Part shown: positions 59,456-64,000 of the stretch, piece by piece
How the letters are laid out: the number at the start of each line of letters is the position of its first letter
How positions within the stretch are numbered: the first letter of the stretch is position 1
Program-made: the position numbers and the translations under genes
Assembly: GCA_038244055.1 (NCBI GenBank)
Contig: JBBRTW010000001.1
Coordinates: forward strand, 4,291-68,290
Direction of reading: 5' to 3'
Length of the DNA stretch: 64,000 nt
DNA from: Tepidisphaerales bacterium
GTDB taxonomy: Bacteria > Planctomycetota > Phycisphaerae > Tepidisphaerales > Tepidisphaeraceae
The notes under the pieces: generated by a model
The model's database searches: none
The model's input: the letters and a program-made list of their open reading frames with translations, nothing else
What the model was told of the DNA's origin: nothing

Positions 59456-60097
59456 CTATCCCAAGGGTTTGAATAGCAGTTCCGTACCGATGGTCTTGAT
59501 CAGCTCATTGAGGTAGGAGTCGATGTATTGCAGGCATTGCGCCTGATCGGTCGAGCCGACTTCCGAAAAGACCACCCGTAAAGTCGTGTGTTTATCGCGG
59601 ACTGCGGCGAACGCCGCGGCGGTTGCCTGCACGCCATCTGCGGTCACTAGGAGGCGCAATACTGCTTCGAGGCAGACGATGCGACAGCGCAGCGCATCCC
59701 GCACGGCCTGGAGGGTGGGGGCCGCCGCCAACGCCCGCATCGCGCGTTTGTCGCCCGAGGCTATGTAATAGGCGGGGTTCTCGGCCGCCAGTGCCAGGAG
59801 CAGGGCCTCGCCTTCATCAATCGCTTCGACTTCGTTAAGGAGTTGGAAGAGCGCATCGTCGGCGGGACGGTCAATCAGGGGCGCAATGCCGTTGCACTCG
59901 GCGACCGCCTTTCGTCGCACGGCATCGCTATAGTTCTTCTTAAAAGCCTTCCCCCGGTCGAGCTGGTGCGGCAGCGCCTCCAGCCGGCGAATGTTCCCGT
60001 CCTCCACCCCCAGCAGCGCGGCGACGCGTCCGATCAACCCGGCCGAGGCCAGGAGGATGAAGATATCGGAGTCAATGATGAGCAGCCGGTCTGCCAT
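59456..60097 (-). CDS. PIN-like domain protein (putative nuclease) with C-terminal extension
   Basis: LLIIDSDIF (Asp9/Asp11), EAIDEGEALLLALA and YIASGDKRA give a PIN-type acidic pattern. AAGGA lies 7 nt upstream of the ATG, and only 12 nt separate it from the upstream gene. Confidence 0.5.
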   Translation of the reverse strand: MADRLLIIDSDIFILLASAGLIGRVAALLGVEDGNIRRLEALPHQLDRGKAFKKNYSDAVRRKAVAECNGIAPLIDRPADDALFQLLNEVEAIDEGEALLLALAAENPAYYIASGDKRAMRALAAAPTLQAVRDALRCRIVCLEAVLRLLVTADGVQATAAAFAAVRDKHTTLRVVFSEVGSTDQAQCLQYIDSYLNELIKTIGTELLFKPLG

Positions 60098-60109
60098 CCC
60101 CGTCCTTTC

Positions 60110-61183
60110 TCAATCACAGGAATCGCCAATGGATAGACACGAGAGGAACCGGGCGGACGACTCGGGAAGGTCACCCATGTCGACGTGCCGCTTCAAATGC
60201 TCGGCGATGATGGCATGGGCGCCGGCATCTTCTCCCAGCGTCTGGAGCGCCAACTGACCTGGCCCCCAGCGATTGGCGGAGCGTGCATAGACTAAGGCGA
60301 CAGTGCCAGCAGCCACACCATTCTCAGCGCCCCAGCGCTGGGCGGCTTTGGCAAGCTTGGCGGCGGTCAGCCCCCACTCGGGGCGGAACCCCGGCTTCTC
60401 CTGCCCAGTCAAAACCTTATTGGCAAAGGCGTCCGCCTGCTTCTCCTGGGCGTCATCATCAACGCGGTCAATATCGGCATCCACGAGGGGTGCTTCGCCC
60501 GGATTGACATGTCCCAGGAACAGGTGCCCCATCTCGTGAGCCAGGTGGAAGGCAAGCCACGGCGGACTTTGCTTCACCGAACCCAGGACAATCACCGGGA
60601 CATTGCCACAGTAGAGCGCCAAGCCGGCAAACTTCTTTGCCGCCCGGGGAAGGCGCTCGGGAAGAACGTGGAACACGACAATTCCGCTCCGCCAGGCGAA
60701 GGTCAGAAGCGATGCCAGATCGACGGCTGGTGCATCGGCCAAGATGTGCCCCCGCACCTTTTCCGCCACTACAGACCCGCCGAAGGGCGCAGGAGCCGTC
60801 GTATGCGCGACAACCAGCGCTGCCAGGCGCTGCGCGATGTGGACGGCGGGGCGCAACTCCTCGGCGGGCACGTTTTTATGCCGCTTCAGGCGAAAAGAGC
60901 CGATTGCGGGCACGGGCAGGGCGCGCTTTGGATCACGCAGTTCGGCGATCTTGAAGCCTAATTGTTTGGCGATCGCGGCCTCGGCCAGCGCGCGATTGGC
61001 GGGCACGGCGGCGAGCTTGTCTTCCCACCAGTCGGGTAGCACGACCCCTTTCAGAAACGCGGCGTCAAAGCCGCGTTCCTTTAGGCGGTCGTACAGATCC
61101 TGCATGGGCTTGGCGTTCTGGATGATGGCTCTCCTTGGCGTGGTAGGCATGAATTGTAGCATGCCGGCCGCGCCCTCGCACAT
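60110..61183 (-). CDS. ImmA/IrrE-family (COG2856) HEXXH metallopeptidase
   Basis: LAFHLAHEMGHLFLGH plus downstream EKQADAFANKVL is typical of the family. The start is ambiguous (61183, 61162 or 61105). Confidence 0.72.
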   Translation of the reverse strand: MCEGAAGMLQFMPTTPRRAIIQNAKPMQDLYDRLKERGFDAAFLKGVVLPDWWEDKLAAVPANRALAEAAIAKQLGFKIAELRDPKRALPVPAIGSFRLKRHKNVPAEELRPAVHIAQRLAALVVAHTTAPAPFGGSVVAEKVRGHILADAPAVDLASLLTFAWRSGIVVFHVLPERLPRAAKKFAGLALYCGNVPVIVLGSVKQSPPWLAFHLAHEMGHLFLGHVNPGEAPLVDADIDRVDDDAQEKQADAFANKVLTGQEKPGFRPEWGLTAAKLAKAAQRWGAENGVAAGTVALVYARSANRWGPGQLALQTLGEDAGAHAIIAEHLKRHVDMGDLPESSARFLSCLSIGDSCD

Positions 61184-61266
61184 ACTGACAGTCGAGGCAT
61201 CTGATCGGAATTAACCTGAAGTTCCCTGGCTGATCTCCGGGTCGCCGCATGCGGACGCTGGTCCGC

Positions 61267-62361
61267 CTAGCGCCGAGTGGCCGACGCGAGGCTCTGGACG
61301 TAATGCCAAGGACATTCCCGGATTGCCTTCCTCGTCCGGGCTCGGTGCTTGACCCACCACGCCACGAGCGACACTGCGATCCCGATTCCTGCCAAGACCG
61401 GAGCGAAGACGGTCCCGGCAACTGTGGCAGCGCCCGCAGCCGCCATGGCGGGCGTCGAAATTGCCAGTGCCGACACCCCCGTCTCAATCCGGGCCTCTCG
61501 CAATGCCTTGCGGTGGTCGCGGATCGCCGATTTGATTTCGCCCCGTTTCTGCACAATGAAGTCCTCGATCGCAGCCGGGTCCTTCAGTTCGGCGCAGCCT
61601 ACGCCCAACGCCTCGACCGCCTCACGAAAGCGGCGGCGCTCATCGGCCCGTCTTTCTCGGAAATCGAGTATCTGGCGCATGGTCAGATTGGCGACTGAAT
61701 CCGCTGTCGGGAATTCGATCCCCAGCCGCAGCAGGAACGACCGTCTTACCGCCTCGCCGTCACACTCTTCCGGGAGCGCGTCGGCGTGCAAGAGGTACTC
61801 GCCCCCAGGCGCGACACGGGGGACGTCGGTCACCATGGGACAGCCCATTTCCCGCGACATCACGGTGGCGAGGCACGCCATGTAGCCCGCGCTGAGGTCG
61901 ACCGCCATTCTCATCCAGTCACCGCGTTTCTCTGCACGACCGCTCCTCAATAAAAGATCTCGCAGTTCCTCGCTCATTTTGCTGCTGTACACGTAATCCG
62001 CACCCCTCCTATTGGCGAACGTGCCCCACATGGTCGCCGACTGTTCGGATTCCCGATTCGCCCAAGGCAGTACCCGCGCCTTGAAAAGCTCCGCCGCAGC
62101 GACGGCGTAATCCCGGGGATCGCCGGTGAGGAGGCATCCGGCCCCGGCGGCCTGATTCACCTCCTTCGAGTCCCGCACCTCGAATCTGAGGGCGTTCGGG
62201 ACGATCCGCCGCACCCGCTCCCAATACAGCAAGCTAGATTTAAGCCAACCAAGGTCTGGTTTGAGATTCGGATAATAAAGTGCGGTGCCGGCTTCCGTTC
62301 TGAACCGCACCGGCGCACTCTCCTCCGCTTCGTCCAATGGTCTTCTCGTCGTCATGGCCAT
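61267..62361 (-). CDS. DUF6236-like protein with C-terminal transmembrane segment
   Basis: ALYYPNLKPDLGWLKSSLLYWERVRRIVP near the N-terminus resembles what I recall of DUF6236. The C-terminal hydrophobic stretch is AGTVFAPVLAGIGIAVSLVAWWV. A strong AAGGAG SD is present, and the gene starts 17 nt after the methyltransferase stop. Confidence 0.5.
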   Translation of the reverse strand: MAMTTRRPLDEAEESAPVRFRTEAGTALYYPNLKPDLGWLKSSLLYWERVRRIVPNALRFEVRDSKEVNQAAGAGCLLTGDPRDYAVAAAELFKARVLPWANRESEQSATMWGTFANRRGADYVYSSKMSEELRDLLLRSGRAEKRGDWMRMAVDLSAGYMACLATVMSREMGCPMVTDVPRVAPGGEYLLHADALPEECDGEAVRRSFLLRLGIEFPTADSVANLTMRQILDFRERRADERRRFREAVEALGVGCAELKDPAAIEDFIVQKRGEIKSAIRDHRKALREARIETGVSALAISTPAMAAAGAATVAGTVFAPVLAGIGIAVSLVAWWVKHRARTRKAIRECPWHYVQSLASATRR

Positions 62362-62378
62362 TGCTCCTTTCTTTTGGT

Positions 62379-64000
62379 CTATTTCCCCACCGCGTACACC
62401 TTGAGTACCTCGTCCCCGTAATGATTGATCACCTTCACCGCGATCTTCCCCGACGCGGGCCGGGGGAACGGGCGGCTCCTGGTCTGGTACAGGTCGGCCC
62501 AGGCCGATTCATCCACCTCAGCGCGCAGGGCTTTCTTGAGCTTCTCATAGGGCTCATCCGCCCCGGTGAAATAGGCGTGGCGGACGAAGAAGCTCTCATC
62601 GTTGTAGTTGGTGTCGATAAACCAGCAGGCGATGTCATCGGTGGAGTTGGAGCGAATCTCCCCCGTGGTGGGGTCATAGACGTCCAGGCCGCGAATCTCG
62701 GCCACCAGCATTCCCTCGGGCACATCCGGGTCGTAGCGGACCGCTCCGGCGTCGGCGGCGGGCTTTTTCCCTTTGGCGGCGGCAGCGCCGGCCGGCTTAT
62801 CGCCGGAGAGGATCGCCACATCCGGCTCGCCGAAAACCATGAAGAGATTCCCCGCCCCGGTCTTCTTGAGCAGCTCATCCCCCATCGACAAATCCGGGTT
62901 CATCTTGACCGACAAAACCGTGAGCTTGCCGTACCGTTTGGCCTCCTCCGCTACGTGTGGGTCAAAGGCGAAGCCGCAGACCAGCAGGATGTCGAACCCG
63001 ACCCCCTTCACCGTCTCCATGGCCGCATCCTTGACCAGCCGCGGCTCGACCGTGCCGAACTCCGGGCCGATGCAGATCGCGGCCCGGCGGGGCTTGCCGT
63101 CGGCGTCCGCGTACCGCCCCTCGCCGCAGATCCACTCGCCCGGGTAAATCTCGACCGAGTCGAACTTCAGCCGCTGGCTCTTGACCGTGTTCTGCACCCC
63201 CGCCTTCTTGAGGTTCTCCAGCATGGTGTTGGTGAAGTCGCTCCCGGCGAGCATCTTCATCGTGAAGCCCAGGTCGGTCGGCTTGTTGGCCGCCCGCTCC
63301 TTGGCCTCGACACTGATCGTCCGGTGCGGGGAGAGGCTCTCGACAGTGAACGGCCCGGCGACGCGCAGGCGGCCGGCGTCGGCGTAGGGCTTGTCGAAGA
63401 GGGTCTCGGTATCGGCGTGTTTGGCGATCGCGGCGTCGATCTCGCGGCGGGTCATGCCCTCTTTAATGTCCGGGTTGTTGGCGATGGATTTGAGCGTGAC
63501 ATGGGGGACGCGCTGGTAGACGAAGCCCTTGCGCACGTCGCCGTCGAATGCCGCGGAAGGATTCACCACGGAGGACACGGAGGGCACGGAGGCGGACAAC
63601 TCGGCTTCCTTCTTGCGGCCCTCGGGAGAGTCGGAGAGGAGGTAGTACGGGAAGCGGGCGCACATCAGGCGAGTGCGGGCGAGGGCCAGGGCAACGCGGC
63701 TTGTGTCGGTAGTGATCCAGCGACGGCCCCATTGCTCGGCGACATAGGCAGTCGTGCCGCTACCACAAGTGGGATCGAGGACGAGATCGCCGGGGTCGGT
63801 GGTCATCATGATGCAGCGTTCCACCACCTTCACTGATGTTTCGACGACGTACCGCTTGTCACTCGCAAATCCGGCAACGACGGTATCAGCCCAAAGATCG
63901 CTGATCGGCATGGCCGGGAAGTCATTGATAAACCTTACGTAATACAGTCCCCCACTAGTCGCCTCCAGGCGCCTCGCGGCGAGCAATTTCGTCATGCCGG
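62379..64000 (-). CDS. Site-specific DNA methyltransferase, beta-class N6A/N4C (Mod-like), 5'-truncated by the window edge
   Basis: AdoMet motif I is LVLDPTCGSGTTAYVAEQWGRRWITTD. A long C-terminal domain ends ...KIAVKVINHYGDEVLKVY, as in large Mod-type enzymes. The catalytic (D/N)PP(Y/F) motif is expected beyond 64000. Confidence 0.82.
   Translation of the reverse strand, partial: GMTKLLAARRLEATSGGLYYVRFINDFPAMPISDLWADTVVAGFASDKRYVVETSVKVVERCIMMTTDPGDLVLDPTCGSGTTAYVAEQWGRRWITTDTSRVALALARTRLMCARFPYYLLSDSPEGRKKEAELSASVPSVSSVVNPSAAFDGDVRKGFVYQRVPHVTLKSIANNPDIKEGMTRREIDAAIAKHADTETLFDKPYADAGRLRVAGPFTVESLSPHRTISVEAKERAANKPTDLGFTMKMLAGSDFTNTMLENLKKAGVQNTVKSQRLKFDSVEIYPGEWICGEGRYADADGKPRRAAICIGPEFGTVEPRLVKDAAMETVKGVGFDILLVCGFAFDPHVAEEAKRYGKLTVLSVKMNPDLSMGDELLKKTGAGNLFMVFGEPDVAILSGDKPAGAAAAKGKKPAADAGAVRYDPDVPEGMLVAEIRGLDVYDPTTGEIRSNSTDDIACWFIDTNYNDESFFVRHAYFTGADEPYEKLKKALRAEVDESAWADLYQTRSRPFPRPASGKIAVKVINHYGDEVLKVYAVGK

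Noticed and set aside
62337-63836. A 499-aa plus-strand ORF in the island.
   Set aside because: It is antisense to the methyltransferase, whose motif I and C-terminal domain are clear. Its translation is a Gly/Arg/Val/Leu-rich antisense artefact.

Overview
This is a visibly GC-rich chromosomal segment; GC content was not computed. The gene content looks planctomycete/PVC-like: a DUF1559 prepilin-like H-X9-DG protein, DUF4159, DUF1080, a PmoA-family protein, prenyltransferase-repeat secreted proteins, bactofilins, and membrane proteins ending in CxxCGYDL...CPECG. That taxonomic placement is inference from motif recognition only. I recognise about 60 protein genes and one tRNA-Lys(CTT).

Most of positions 1-57,100 is housekeeping or envelope-related:
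- Sugar-nucleotide and glycosyltransferase genes.
- A sulfur-assimilation block (ThiF-like E1, CysM-like synthase, JAMM peptidase, CysK, CysH) with a VapBC pair inserted in it.
- TonB and outer-membrane genes, two bactofilins, glycoside hydrolases (GH5, GH127) and leuS.
- A PilZ protein next to a SpoIIE phosphatase, a large Zn-metalloprotease, and an LPS kinase next to a heptosyltransferase.
- A complete ars operon (arsR, arsC, acr3, DGC-domain gene, arsM) with a near-consensus promoter and a palindromic operator.

Two things stand out.
1. The last ~6.8 kb (57.2-64 kb) looks like an accessory or defence-type island. It holds small coupled ORFs, a membrane-anchored NERD protein, and a tightly spaced minus-strand run: a 5'-truncated Mod-type DNA methyltransferase, a DUF6236-like membrane protein, an ImmA/IrrE HEXXH metallopeptidase and a PIN-like protein. 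I cannot assign this combination to a named system.
2. The intergenic DNA is full of an unusual repeat class. These are arrays of tandem 7-nt units, usually paired with a complementary array to form long hairpins, at 13 or more loci. One ~135-nt copy sits in-frame inside leuS. A GTAGCACGGGCA..TGCCCGTG REP-like palindrome family is also present.

All family calls rest on motifs read by eye. No database search was possible.
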